NCBI GenBank assembly: GCA_951804945.1
Contig: OX638151.1
Span: 28,954,001-29,018,000 of the forward strand
DNA: 64,000 nucleotides
Source: Podarcis cretensis
Lineage: Eukaryota
Reading direction: 5' to 3'
A model generated the notes under the pieces. It had not been told where the DNA came from. It saw only the letters and a list, made by a program, of their open reading frames with translations, and did not search any database. Of the stretch, positions 25,024-37,172 are shown piece after piece. The translations under genes were made by a program, and so were the position numbers. Within the stretch, counting starts at the first letter, position 1. Each line of letters opens with the position of its first letter.

Positions 25024-25249
25024 TAGTGGTACCTCAGGTTACATACGCTTCAGGTTACAGACTCTGCTAACCCAGAAATAGTGCTTCAGGTTAAGAACTT
25101 TGCTTTAGGATGAGAACACAAATCGTGCTCCGGTGGTGCGGCAGCAGCAGGAGGCCCCATTAGCTAAAGTGGTGCTTCAGGTTAAGAACAGTTTCAGGTT
25201 AAGAACGGACCTCCAGAATGAATTAAATACTTAACCCGAGGTACCACTG
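25024..25249. mobile_element. Tc1/mariner MITE
   Basis: AGTGGTACCTCAGGTTA ... TAACCCGAGGTACCACTG|ta. Confidence 0.95.
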
Positions 25250-25253
25250 TATG

Positions 25254-25625
25254 GGGACGCAGGTGGCGCTGTGGGTTAAAGCCTCAGCGCCTAGGGCTTG
25301 CCGATCGAAAGGTCGGCGGTTCGAATCCCTGCGGCGGGGTGCGCTCCCGCTGCTCGGTCCCAGCGCCTGCCAACCTAGCAGTTCGAAAGCACCTCCGGGT
25401 GCAAGTAGATAAATAGGGACCGCTTACCAGCGGGAAGGTAAACGGCGTTTCCGTGTGCGGCTCTGGCTCTGGCTCTGGCCAGAGCAGCGATGTCACGCTG
25501 GCCACGTGACCCGGAAGTGTCTCCGGACAGCGCTGGCCCCCGGCCTCTTAAGTGAGATGGGCGCACAACCCCAGAGTCTGTCAAGACTGGCCCGTACGGG
25601 CAGGGGTACCTTTACCTTTACCTTT
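25254..25625 (+). mobile_element. Sauria SINE, full length, young
   Basis: GGGACGCAGGTGGCGCTG head, (ACCTTT)n tail, TSD TACCACTGTAT at 25242-25252 and 25625-25635. Confidence 0.97.
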
Positions 25626-26171
25626 ACCACTGTATATGGCCTTTTAAATGTATATGCAGCAGGGAGTTAATGGTTTGTTTTGCTTTTGCTCTTCATTTAT
25701 TATATCTTTTGTGTTTTCATTTTGTATTCTTATGTTGTGAACCACTCACTCTGTGATCTTCAGATGAAGGGTGGTATACAAATTTAATTAATTAAATAAT
25801 TTAAACAAACAAACATTGGCTACCCCTGGCCTAAGGGTAAATAGAAAACCATTCATACCATCTGCCAGGGATCTGCACGAGCCATAAGATAGCCCAATCT
25901 CAATGCATTTCGGTACCACAAGACCCTGAATATAACAGCTTACGACTAAAGGGACGAGCATATAGCTGTTTGGAGTGGCAGCACTAATCTCTGGATGACA
26001 AACTACTTCTTTAAACAATGGGGAAAATTTCCTTATGAAATTAGGACAACCAAGTTTGAAAAAAAAATTTTTTTCAAGGAATAGAAAACTCCGAGGAACA
26101 TCCAATAATCTTCTCAGAACCAGATGCTGTGAACAGGGAAATTTGTCAACCGTATGAAGCTGCCTTATTTT

Positions 26172-26435
26172 GGCCCAGTCCACACATCACATTAAGCCAT
26201 AGTTAAAAATACACGTTTAATGTGACTGTGTAGCAGTCAGAGAAAATATTGGTTATCACTTGTGACTTGTTCAGAGAGAAACAAACCAGGAGCCTGGGTT
26301 TGCATGTACAAGCCAGACTCAGGCTTGTTTCCTGGCAGCACAGCTGCGGGAAGAGCAAGACAGGAACAGAGCAAGAACTTGCACACAGCTCGTTCATGTT
26401 AAACCATAGTTTGTTTTTCATCTATAGTTTGGTGT
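26172..26435. mobile_element. Old non-autonomous DNA-transposon-like repeat (AAACCATAGTTT-type motifs)
   Basis: Repeated aagccatagtt/aaaccatagttt motifs. Similar stretches near 29266-29450, 61165-61630 and 62820-63140. Confidence 0.4.
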
Positions 26436-26869
26436 ATGGATCTTGATCTGCTCTAGAATACTGCATACTTACATTGCCCACTAACACTACATCACAACGT
26501 ATAAAACAGTAGTACAGGAAAACAGGAATGATTGCACACAAATATATGGTGGTAAATTCAGGACAGAGGACCGATGACTATACTAGTAAATCAATTCACT
26601 GATAAAGAAATAAATTCCATTATATCCGTATGCTGTTACTGTACACTTTTAGCAAAACAATTTGTGTACTATAACTTTGCATTCACAAATATATGTCAAC
26701 AATACTTGCTTCCTAGTGTCAATAAAAAACCCATATAAAATAAATATAAAGGTTTCCCATTTGTCTAGCCTTCTAAATATTCACTATTTAAATTCCTAGA
26801 TAGTTAAATAAATAGATATATTTGTTCTTAAGACTATTCTATGTGTAGACTAATGTTTTATCATAAGAA

Positions 26870-26908
<39 letters not shown>
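26870..26908. repeat. (CA)n microsatellite
   Basis: Direct observation. Confidence 0.95.
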
Positions 26909-26909
<1 letters not shown>

Positions 26910-29900
26910 CCGTTTCATCTTTTGGGGATTTTAGCAAGCATGCTGACAAAGTCTAAGAAAAACATAAAACCTTTGGCTTTTCACAGTTACATATTACTAC
27001 GTGTAATTCAAAGCTATTTATGCTATTGGCCTGTGTGCTAGAGCTTTGCCTTTGGATTCACAGAGCAAAGGTCAGGAAGGAATTGGCATAAATGGATTTC
27101 ACTTCTGTGTCTGTATGAATAAAGCAAGTGAATTCACATGATAAGTATCTTCATAGAATCTCAAGATGTCTGTTTATTTCTAAATGAACAAGCCAATAAA
27201 TATTTTTCTTTTATAAAAAAATAATAAATAAATAGAATAACATGGTTTATATTTTCTCTGATTCTTTACCACCTATGATAGTTACTACAGCTAAATGCTT
27301 ACAATTTCGAAAATACCCACCTCAATGAAATGTTTAATATATGCAGTAGTCATCACTCAAGCACAGTGTTTCATTATGTTCACTGAGTATTTGCTTCAAA
27401 AAGGGTACAAGGTTAGGCCAGCAAATGTATTTATATTTATGTGTACACAAAAATCAGCTGACATCTAATGTGGCTATTTTAATGCTAGAGGGATTGTACT
27501 ACATTATTTCTTGGCATATCCAAAATATTCTCTCCAGCCAACTGGATTCTATCAGGAGGTTTTTTTGTGTAGAGAAAACAAAAATCAGGATTAGATAGTG
27601 CATCTGAGACATTAACTAGGTTGGCATACAGTTGCCAAATCCAGTAAATTGCCTGTAAATCTCATTGATTTCAGTTTAAGAATCAAATACTCTAGCTGAA
27701 TGTTTCTAGAACTTTTAAGAGGAAACAAAAAGAATGTCCCTAAATTGTCAGAAATTGAGACCAGAGTAAAGTTTTATAGTATATTTGGGAAGTAGGGGGA
27801 AAACCACAGGGAACTAAGTGTTACTCAGAATTGACCTTTTTGCAATTAATAGAGCTAACTTAGCCATGTTTATGAATTTTAGTGGGTCTACTCTGAATAC
27901 CATTCATTTTTTTTCAGAGGGGTTAAGCAGCTCAGGTGATTAAGCAGCTCAATCTTCCACCATTCCAGACTACTCTGTTAAAAAAAAGAGGACACAATTA
28001 TCCACAAAAAACAACTGAAATAAATTGGTAGTGTTCTAGAGAGTTCCAGTTCACTTCAACACTGCCTGTTCAGGAGAACTTCCTAGTTTCCATATGGAAG
28101 ATGAACAGTTTACATTTTATTTCCCACATATACCCAAGAAATCCATGTAATAGAAGGTAACTCTTCTAACATCCTTCCCCCCAGTTTGGAGACTTCCTAA
28201 CTGAGGGCTACACCATCAAGGTCAAAAATGGGCCATAAATACGGTTTCCCTCTTATTCCACTGCCTGGCTGTATCAAACATGCAGTCAAACCTAAAATGA
28301 GATATCTTCTAAAACATCTGTCACAGGAAAACAAATAAATGATAGTCAGATGATGATGTGTGATTGGTTGACTCTGCATTACAGAGGGACTGCTAGTCTA
28401 AAGGTTTTTATTAAATATGAAAGCTTAAGATTTATGTTATAGGTGATAAGGCCAAGAATGCTGTAAAAGTGAAAAAAATATGGCAACAGTATGCAGTACA
28501 TCACTGGCAAGATAATTATTTATATAAAAAGTTGGCATTCTTAGACTTCCAATACATAGCGGATGAAATTCATATATTCAAAGGAGACATAATAATAACC
28601 TGTCGCCTGGTGGTGATGGATATGTTTTTAATCCAAATGGCCACAATCTTCAGTCTACCTGTCACAAAGGGACAGGAAAAATTGGAATTTTCCTTTCATA
28701 ATTCTTAAAGTTGAAAGAGAAAAACCTAGAAGCATGATAAGTGGCTCATTCCAGTGGACAGATGGACAGGCAATACTATAAAATGAGCACCACAGGGCCA
28801 CTGCTAATGCTGTTTTCCCTCGTTACACTCTCAAACCCTATGACAGGAATAGCATCCCTTGCAATGAGCATCCCTGTTTTGTTAAAACAAAATCACCCAA
28901 ATAGACACTATTAAGCAAAATGCATTTAAAGTATCTGAATACTGAAGCGAAAATCAGCCTACAGATATAAGCGGGGAAGTACTTCAGGTATTACGAGGAA
29001 TGTTTGCCTTTGATGGTCTCCTTTGAGGCTCCCATTTCTAACTTCTATGATACCAGAATGGCCTGTAGTTAGTTAATTTAAACAAATTCACTCAATCAGT
29101 CTGCACTAAAAATAAAATAAATGTATCATTCAAATCCAATGGGGGGGGTAGGAGTAATTTCATACAGGCTCTTTCATCTGCTTTCCCTCCACTGACGCTA
29201 AAGTCCACGCCACAGTTTCCTGGCTGCTTTGGGGTGATAAAGGCTTAATAAGTTGAGATACCTATGGCTCATTTGCATGCACCTGCAGTTCTTTCACTCC
29301 TTCCTTTGCATGAGCTGCAGTTAAACCAAGAAACCTTAAATTAACCAGTTTCCAATGTCACCTGAACCAGGAAACTATGGTTAGCAGCTTTGGAACAGGT
29401 TAGGGTACAAAATCATGGTTTGATGTTTCCCTGGTTTAGCAAATATATGATCATCTGTAATGGGCTTATCATTTAAATGATTTTCTCTCTAAAATTCAGA
29501 TTAACTTGGCAAGAATTGTGGGCAGACTCTTTAAGAAACAAAACATTCCGTTCTCCAATTTGTATTATTGCAATTTCATTATATGTTCAGCAAATTTACA
29601 GTAGCAACCCTGATGAATTAATCATTTCCAATATGTCGGATCATATAAATAAAATATCAGCTCATGTGGAAAAATCAGTTGATCTACCCTTTTTTTCAGG
29701 AAACTTGCTTGAAACAGATAAAGTGGTATTTTTCTGAAGAGTCACCATTGCATTCTCCACTGCTCTTCTGAAAATGCCATTTTTCAAGCATTCCCAAAGC
29801 TGCACTGGCTGGATGTGTGTTTGGAAAAGTCCACTGGAGGATCATGCCTCATGGAGACCCTAACATCTCTACATGCTAGTAGGAACTTTAAGTTTCCATT

Positions 29901-30662
29901 TCTCAACCTGAACTTTGTAGTTTTTAAAACCCAAATAAAGAGACTAATCAGAAATAAAATTGTCATTGTTTATGGATATCTGTATTTTCTCAAGTTCCCA
30001 GGATTCACCTTGTAATAGCACATTTTAACTGGACTCAAATATGGATAATGTACGTTTCCCTCATACAGCTCACTAATTTTTGAAAAGGGAATTAGGCAAT
30101 TACAAAAAGTAAGAGACTGGCAGCAATAGAGATGCAATATGTAAAAGGAAAATGCAGGTCCTATGCAAGGCTTCCCAAACCAATTTTTAATATGACTCAT
30201 TTGTCCTGCTGAAGCTCAGGAACAAGTGTGTCATTTGAGGTAATACAATCATTGGGTCTCCCTTAAAAATTAACTTCCCCCATATCCCACTCTCTCCACA
30301 TGAAGTTTCATTCAAAGATAGCTAACACTAAGCAGCAAATGCAAGAACAGAAAGCCAAGTGGTATCTTTATTAAACCTTCCTTTCCCAGTTTTAGTTATT
30401 TGCATATTGTGTTGCCCGGGGCGGGGGCGGCACCATAGTATGCAACACAATATGTTGATGAACTCCCATCAGGCAGCCAGCATGAATAATGGTCAGAGAG
30501 GATGGGAAGCTGTAGTCCAACAATTGTAGGACTTCAGCCTCCTTGTCTCTGTTTGTAGAAACACATATAAATTAGTTTCTTGGTGAAATTGCCATACTCT
30601 TGAATGACTGAAATCTGAGCTAGAGTACTCTATTGCAGAAAGCTTTCTTTCCAAAAGGAGTA

Positions 30663-30904
30663 CAGTGGTACCTCAGGTTAAGTACTTAATTCGTTCCAGA
30701 GGTCCGTTCTTAACCTGAAACTGTTCTTAACCTGAAGCACCACTTTAGCTAATGGGGCCTCCTGCTGCCGCTGTGCCGCTGGAGCCCGATTTCAGTTCTT
30801 ATCCTGAAGCAAAGTTCTAAACCTGAAGTACTATTTCTGGGTTTTCAGATTCTGTAACCTGAAGCTTATGTAACCTGAAGCGTATGTAACTGGAGGTACC
30901 ACTG
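30663..30904. mobile_element. Tc1/mariner MITE (inverted relative to the 22324 copy)
   Basis: ta|CAGTGGTACCTC ... GAGGTACCACTG|ta. Confidence 0.95.
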
Positions 30905-30938
30905 TATTAGGATAAGTTTGCACCAAAATTTTCATGAT

Positions 30939-31000
30939 AGCACTATTTCTGGGTTAGCGAAGTGTGTAACCTGAAGCGTATGTAACCCGAGGTACCACTG
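30939..31000. mobile_element. Solo end of the same MITE family
   Basis: cactatttctgggttagcg...tgtaacccgaggtaccactg|ta with no partner TIR of its own. Confidence 0.85.
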
Positions 31001-32472
31001 TATTTGACAACAATAGATATAACTCACACATCTTAGGACATACTACGCTATAGAAAGTCAACCATAACAATCTTCTTACCAAAATATGTTGAGGCATCTG
31101 CCAAATTGAAATCCAGACCAGACATCTGGACAGCTTTCTTTACTTATCCTCCTTTCTCTCTCCAAATACTAACAAATTGGGGTGGGTGGGGAAAACGCTT
31201 GCCATTTGTAACCTGCTGTGGAATGGAGATAATGGAGCACTCGGCGTAATGTTATTAAGTAGTGACATGGATGCTATTTACCCATATAATTAATAAATAA
31301 TGCCATAAATAGCCACATTAATGTGATCAGACATCAAAATTAAAAGCTAGCTTTTAATACAAGTCCAACTGGCTGCATTAGCTTATAAATTGTTTCTAGA
31401 TGGAAGCCTGAGTAAAAACGTCATTCACAGTTCTAGCATACATGCAGCTGGTAATAATCTTATTGGTTAGAATGCATAGAATGAACAGTGATTAATTTCT
31501 GAGGAAAAATTACAATCCTGTTTCGGAAGGCCCTTATACCATAATTCCTGCTTAGTTCACAACTTTTCCACAATAAGTATGCTTGAGTGAATTGGCTTGA
31601 TTTCATCCTACTTGCTTCTTCCATCCACATCCCTGACATCTGGACACTTAGAAGCTTGGGTTTGTAAGTTCATTGGGGCAGGGACCTTTCTTAAAATTCT
31701 TGTGCTATAAAGCACCTGGTGCACTAATGGTGCTGAAAAAAATCATGCAAGCTGGGAATAAGGGGTAATTTTGGCATACACATGGAGGGTACTTGAAACT
31801 GCCTGTACATGACTGCTCCTCTACACAGCAAGCCTTTGTGTGCGCACTGGCACAGCATGAAGATTGGCCCCGCCACATGGTTTGTCTCCATGCCACCTAA
31901 AGCGGCTTCCAGAAATGTCTGGCAGTGATATGAAAGCAAACTATACAGTGGGGACAAACATGAATGGTGACTGAGCTAGCTCATAGAAAACACCTCCCTG
32001 AGCTGAACTGCTATCATATGGAAACAGTATCAAATAGTCTCTGTGAGGCAGTTATATAGTGAGAATTAGTTAAATATAATTTATTTCAAAAGAGCTTGCT
32101 TCCTGTTAAGTGTCTTGCAGTCTCAGAACCTCTGTTGCAGAATGCCTAAGACAGCATTGTTAAACTGATTTACATTTTTGGCCCCTTCATTTGAAATGCA
32201 TTTAACTTCTAAACTTCAGACGCCTTTGGGATGAAGCAAGGGTTTGCCCTACCATGTCAAGCACGGCTCTGCACCACATACGGAATCTGAAAGGTACTGC
32301 ACTAGGCAGCTCTACAGTGACACCAATGCCAATCCCTGGTGATGACACTCAAGACACAGGTGTCCTCCTAATTGTTAGCACATAGGATCCACATAACTGA
32401 GCCTTAAGAAGCTCAAAATAATTGTATAGAATAGTAAAAGCCTCGGAATTTAACAAATTGCTAAAAGGCTTT

Positions 32473-32750
32473 AAAGGTAAAGGTAAAGGGACCCCTGACC
32501 GTTAGGTCCAGTCATGGCTGACTCTGGGGTTGCGGCGCTCATCTTGCTTTATTGGCCGAGGGAACCAGCGTACAGCTTCCGGGTCATGTGGCCAGCATGA
32601 CTAAGCCGCTTCTGGCGAACCAGAGCAGCGCATGGAAAAACACCTTTTACCTTCCCGCTGGAGCGGTACCTATTTATCTACTTGCACTTTGATGTGCTTT
32701 CGAACTGCTAGGTGGGCAGGAGCAGGGACCGAGCAATGGGAGCTCACCCC
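32473..32750 (-). mobile_element. Sauria SINE, second subfamily, 5'-truncated
   Basis: aaaggtaaaggtaaagggacccctgacc...cctatttatctacttgcac...gggagctcacccc. Confidence 0.95.
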
Positions 32751-34762
32751 ATAACTATACATCAATTCAGTGCAGTGTAGGAAAAAAACCACATGTGTGG
32801 CTTTTGTGATATAAACCCTTTGGCAGGTATTCACATGTTTTACTGATAAAACTGGTTTAAAAGGTTCCCAGCACAGAATGTAAACAATATAGAATCTTAA
32901 TTTGGAATAATGCAAGTGGATTATTGGTTTGTTCTACATGCCAATAGAATGATCTAGTACCATAAATATTCTACGGCAAGTATATGATGCCGTCCTAACA
33001 GTGGTTATTGGTTTTTAAAAGACATTAAAATAGTTTTGCATGAGAATTGAATTTAATAGGTTAGACAGGGACTAACCTTAAAGAATCCAATCCACTCAAA
33101 TCCCCTTGAAGGCTGCAGCCGAATTTCATGCAAATATTAGAGAAGCAGCTAGGCACCTCAGATAGCAAGATGCTGAGTTCCTTTCTTTCCTAGATCTAAA
33201 ACTAGGCAAAACAATGATACCTACCGCTAGACCTTTTTAAAGATACATCTTATGAAAGTTCTGATTTCAGGCTAAAAGTAAAATAAAATTAGACTAGGGT
33301 GGAGACTGCTGAGGAATTGAAAATACTTCCCTCTCACAGAAATTTGACACCTAGGCTCTCTTCATTTTCTGTGTCTTAAAAATTGCATTACGTAAAATCA
33401 AAGTTTGTATGTATTAAAAAATTGAAGAGTTGTGTTTTTAAAAGCATTCCAGATAAAACTAACATGCCAAGTATACACAATTGATATTTATAAGCGGTGT
33501 TTTTAAGGGGAAGGGCAAAAAGCATTTGTAATAAAGGAGACCTTAAGTCATCCAAGATTTCTTTCTGTATTCTAAAAGCAGAAAAAATATATTGACTTTA
33601 CCTATTTTGCTAAATAGTGTGCTTCACTTTTCCCTTGTCTGCGTAAGTAGTCTCTATTACATATATGTACATACATCCAAACCATATTCAGATGTAAGGT
33701 ATGTTTTACCATTAAAAATCAATTTTGTACCTGGATTTATTTATTTTAATGTAAAGCACTTGTAAATCTATTAATAGAAAACTGTCTAAAAATGGAAAGG
33801 GCAGAAATAAAACATTTTAAACTACCATGGACAAACAGAAAAAATATACTCCTTTCCAAATGAATGTTACAATATACGTAGTCATGGTTGTCTGAAAACA
33901 GCACATGTTGTATAAAGCTCCCAAGACGTTCTAGCACTTATAAACTCTTGGTTAACAAAGGGCACCAAAAGCTCTTAAAAAGGGAAATATTTTATTTCTG
34001 CTAAATTAATGCTTCTAAGCATTAGATTTCATCAGCTCCACTTAGGCTAAAAGTCCCAAAAGGTTCTCCTCCCGAAAACAGGCTATATTTTATGGGCAAA
34101 CCAGGCTATCTAAATCTAGATAAAACTCATTGGCTTTGTAATCATCTATACATCTAAATCTATATGCAAATCAAATGCTCTCATGCATTAACGCATTCCA
34201 AAGCACCCAGGAGTGAGAGAGGCTCACGGCCTCTCCTAAGCCATCCATAGCCCTCAACTCCCCACCTTCTATTTCCCTTTCTTTATTTACACTAGAGGTA
34301 CCTAAATAATTCACACTGCCTCCTTTTCAGGCTGAACATTCTTCTGTTGAAGCTTGCAATGAGCAATTGCAGGAACCAGATGGACACATGAATGCAGCAG
34401 GTGGGACAGATGGCAGACCGCCCTGTCTGACGCTGGCTGCCTCGGCTTGCACTGCTTTTTCCTTCCAGGTACATTATCATCAGTGTAGCAGAAAGTGCTA
34501 TGCAAGAAAGGGGGAAGGGGAGGAGGAAGAGAATCTATGTACAAAACTATGGGAATGAGTTAAATAAATAGCCAGCTGCTCACTTGCATTTTCTAACCAA
34601 ATGCAGTTTCTTTAAAAAATAATAATAATCATGGGATGTATCGATCTTCTCAAAGAATCCCTCATCCACCCTATTATTTCTTTTTTTACTGGCACATGGC
34701 TTAGAAACAGGTATGATATAGGAGGTGATAAATTCCTAGAGCATGAATGCCTGTTGTCTGTC

Positions 34763-35239
34763 CACCTTGCCAACAAAGGTCCGTATAGTTAAAGCCATGG
34801 TTTTCCCAGTAGTGATGTATGGAAGTGAGAGCCGGACCATAAAGAAGGCTGATCGCCGAAGAATTGATGCTTTTGAATTATGGTGCTGGAGGAGACTCTT
34901 GAGAGTCCCATGGACTGCAGGAAGACCAAACCTATCCATTCTTAAGGAAATCAGCCCTGAGTGCTCACTAGATGGACAGATCCTGAAGCTGAGGCTCCAA
35001 TACTTTGGCCACCTCATGAGAAGAGAAGACTCCCTGGAAAAGACTCTGATGTTGGGAAAGATGGAGGGCACAAGGAGAAGGGGACAACAGAGGATGAGAT
35101 GGTTGGATAGTGTTCTTGAAGCCACGAGCATGAGTTTGACCAAACTGCGGGAGGCAGTGGAAGACAGGAGTGCCTGGCGCGCTCTGGTCCATGGGGTCAC
35201 GAAGAGTCGGACACGACTAAACGACTAAACAACAACAAC
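34763..35239 (+). mobile_element. BovB (RTE) LINE, 5'-truncated, young
   Basis: Open frame TLPTKVRIVKAMVFPVVMYGSES...WRALVHGVTKSRTRLND, (CAA)n tail, TSD AGAGCATGAAT (34738-34748) and AGAGCACGAAT (35240-35250). Confidence 0.97.
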
Positions 35240-36387
35240 AGAGCACGAATATTTACTGAAATATACGGTGCACAAACAAAGCTGCTTCCTATTGTGGTTT
35301 CCAACTCCATTTTACCATTCGCAAACCATTATGCATTTGGTGATGTCAACTGATTTCTTAAAGAACTGTTCTGAGTTTCTGCCTGAAGTCATATTCCTTG
35401 TTACATGCAGCCCCTAAATCCCCACTAAAGACAAGAACAGTTTTAGGTGTACTGAATTTAGCCTAACTTCCAGCTTCGAGATACATACTATGGAAATCTT
35501 ATTACAGTACAAATTTGGAGTCTTAAAATTACTGGAACCAATGGATACAGCAATACAGTACATACAAAGTATTTTCTTCATATAATGGAAAAATGAACAA
35601 TATGGGCATGTTTTTGTGCACAGGTGACAGAAAATTCAAACTAATTTTCTATTTGTTTTCCTTCTGCTTTTCTTTCTTGCACATTACTACACTTCACCAA
35701 TGGTACCTATTTGTCCAGTCCCCAGGAGTTTATGCACTTTCTGTCCTCTGAAGTGCACCATTCTTACATCAATGCAGACACGAGTTACCTTGTGTCATTA
35801 ACGACACTTTCTGTATAGCAGGTTTTTAAAGTTTGGTCACTATCCCGTAATTATGATACAGTAACTTATCTCATGCTCTTTGCTCACTAAATAAATACTA
35901 ATTCTAGTTGGTCAGAACAGCAGAATAAGTGTTTGCTATAATTTGTAAGAAACATTGCAAGGTTGTGCAACTTACAGATTTAAAGAACCATTTTGGATTG
36001 CATAAAACAGGAATTTGACAGGGTTTGTCTATAGTAATAATTATCTAAATTGATAATGATCTGACCTAAATTGACAACAGCACGGAGAAAATGTGTACTC
36101 AAACGTTTTGCAAAAAAGAAGGAGAAAGCTGTGAGGATGGGAAGAGAAGGAAAAATCACTGAAACCCTATTTAACACTCTTGATATATTTCCGACCTGGC
36201 ACACAGAAAGTTCTATTTAAGATCTCGCGAGACAGTCTGCTCTCCTAGGATTTCCAGACCGATTTTGAGGCCAGAGAGGTTAAGCAGTTTGGATAAGCTT
36301 CAGATAAGCATGCAAACTTTTATACCCTTAGGAGCACTGGTCAAGGCCCTGAACCTTTAAGGCCCTGTTCACTTTTAATGCCAAGGC

Positions 36388-36389
36388 AA

Positions 36390-36448
<59 letters not shown>
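36388..36448. repeat. (AAAG)n microsatellite
   Basis: Direct observation. Confidence 0.97.
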
Positions 36449-36449
<1 letters not shown>

Positions 36450-36939
36450 GTTCAAGAATGATTTCATCAGCTATAGCCAGTGATGATATCAGGTACCAAT
36501 TACCTTTAAAATAAAATATAGGACAGTAAAATCTTTATTTTGTTAACCCAAGTTACCAATGCAATATGCAGACTTTCAAGCCACACACAACTCTTCCTAA
36601 AATAAGCCATTCAGCATGCACAATTGTATGTGCCCACACATACACTTTTAGAGAATTGATATGGGGTCAATTTCTGTCAACAATTTTCTCCAATCCCCAT
36701 ATGGTAATATAGGATATTTTTACAGGCTATGTGATTATACTTGTTGCCCTGAGCTACTTCAGAAGGAAGGGCAGGATGTAATAAAAATAGTAACACAAAT
36801 ATATATTAGGGGATATCTACTCATGATAGCAGGAGATCCTATGGTTAGAAAACCCGAATAGCACTCATAGTGGTTGATATTCAGACTAAGTACCTGGGAA
36901 TCAGAAGGGTGTGCATAAACCCATGTCATTGTCTGCAAG

Positions 36940-37172
36940 GTGGTACCTCAGTTTATGAACTTAATCCATTCCAGAAGTCTGTTCTTAAACCAAAACCGTT
37001 CTTAAACCAAGGCGTGCTTTGCCTAATGAGGCCTCCTGCCGCCGGTGCCCTTCCACCATTTGGATTCCATTCTTAGACCGAGGTAATGTTCTCAAACCAA
37101 GACACTATTTCCAGTTTTGCGGAGTTTGTAAACCAAATTGTTCTTTAACCGTACTGTTCTTAAACCGAGGTA
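36940..37172. mobile_element. Tc1/mariner MITE, second subfamily, eroded ends
   Basis: GTGGTACCTCAGTTTA ... TAAACCGAGGTA. Inverted homolog of 60908-61148. Confidence 0.85.

Larger units (their letters stand above)
24592..25800 (+). mobile_element. L2 LINE 3' end, interrupted by a MITE and a Sauria SINE
   Basis: ccagctggtgcagaat (QLVQN) and catattacacagatcctggcgcaactgcactggctgcca (HITQILAQLHWLP), an L2 hallmark. Tail gaagggtggtatacaaatttaattaa near 25790. Confidence 0.85.

Noticed and set aside
25024-25249. CRISPR-like short repeats (CTTCAGGTTA) in MITEs
   Set aside because: Sub-terminal transposase-binding-type repeats inside TIR/TA-flanked elements of a vertebrate genome, with no regular spacers or cas genes.
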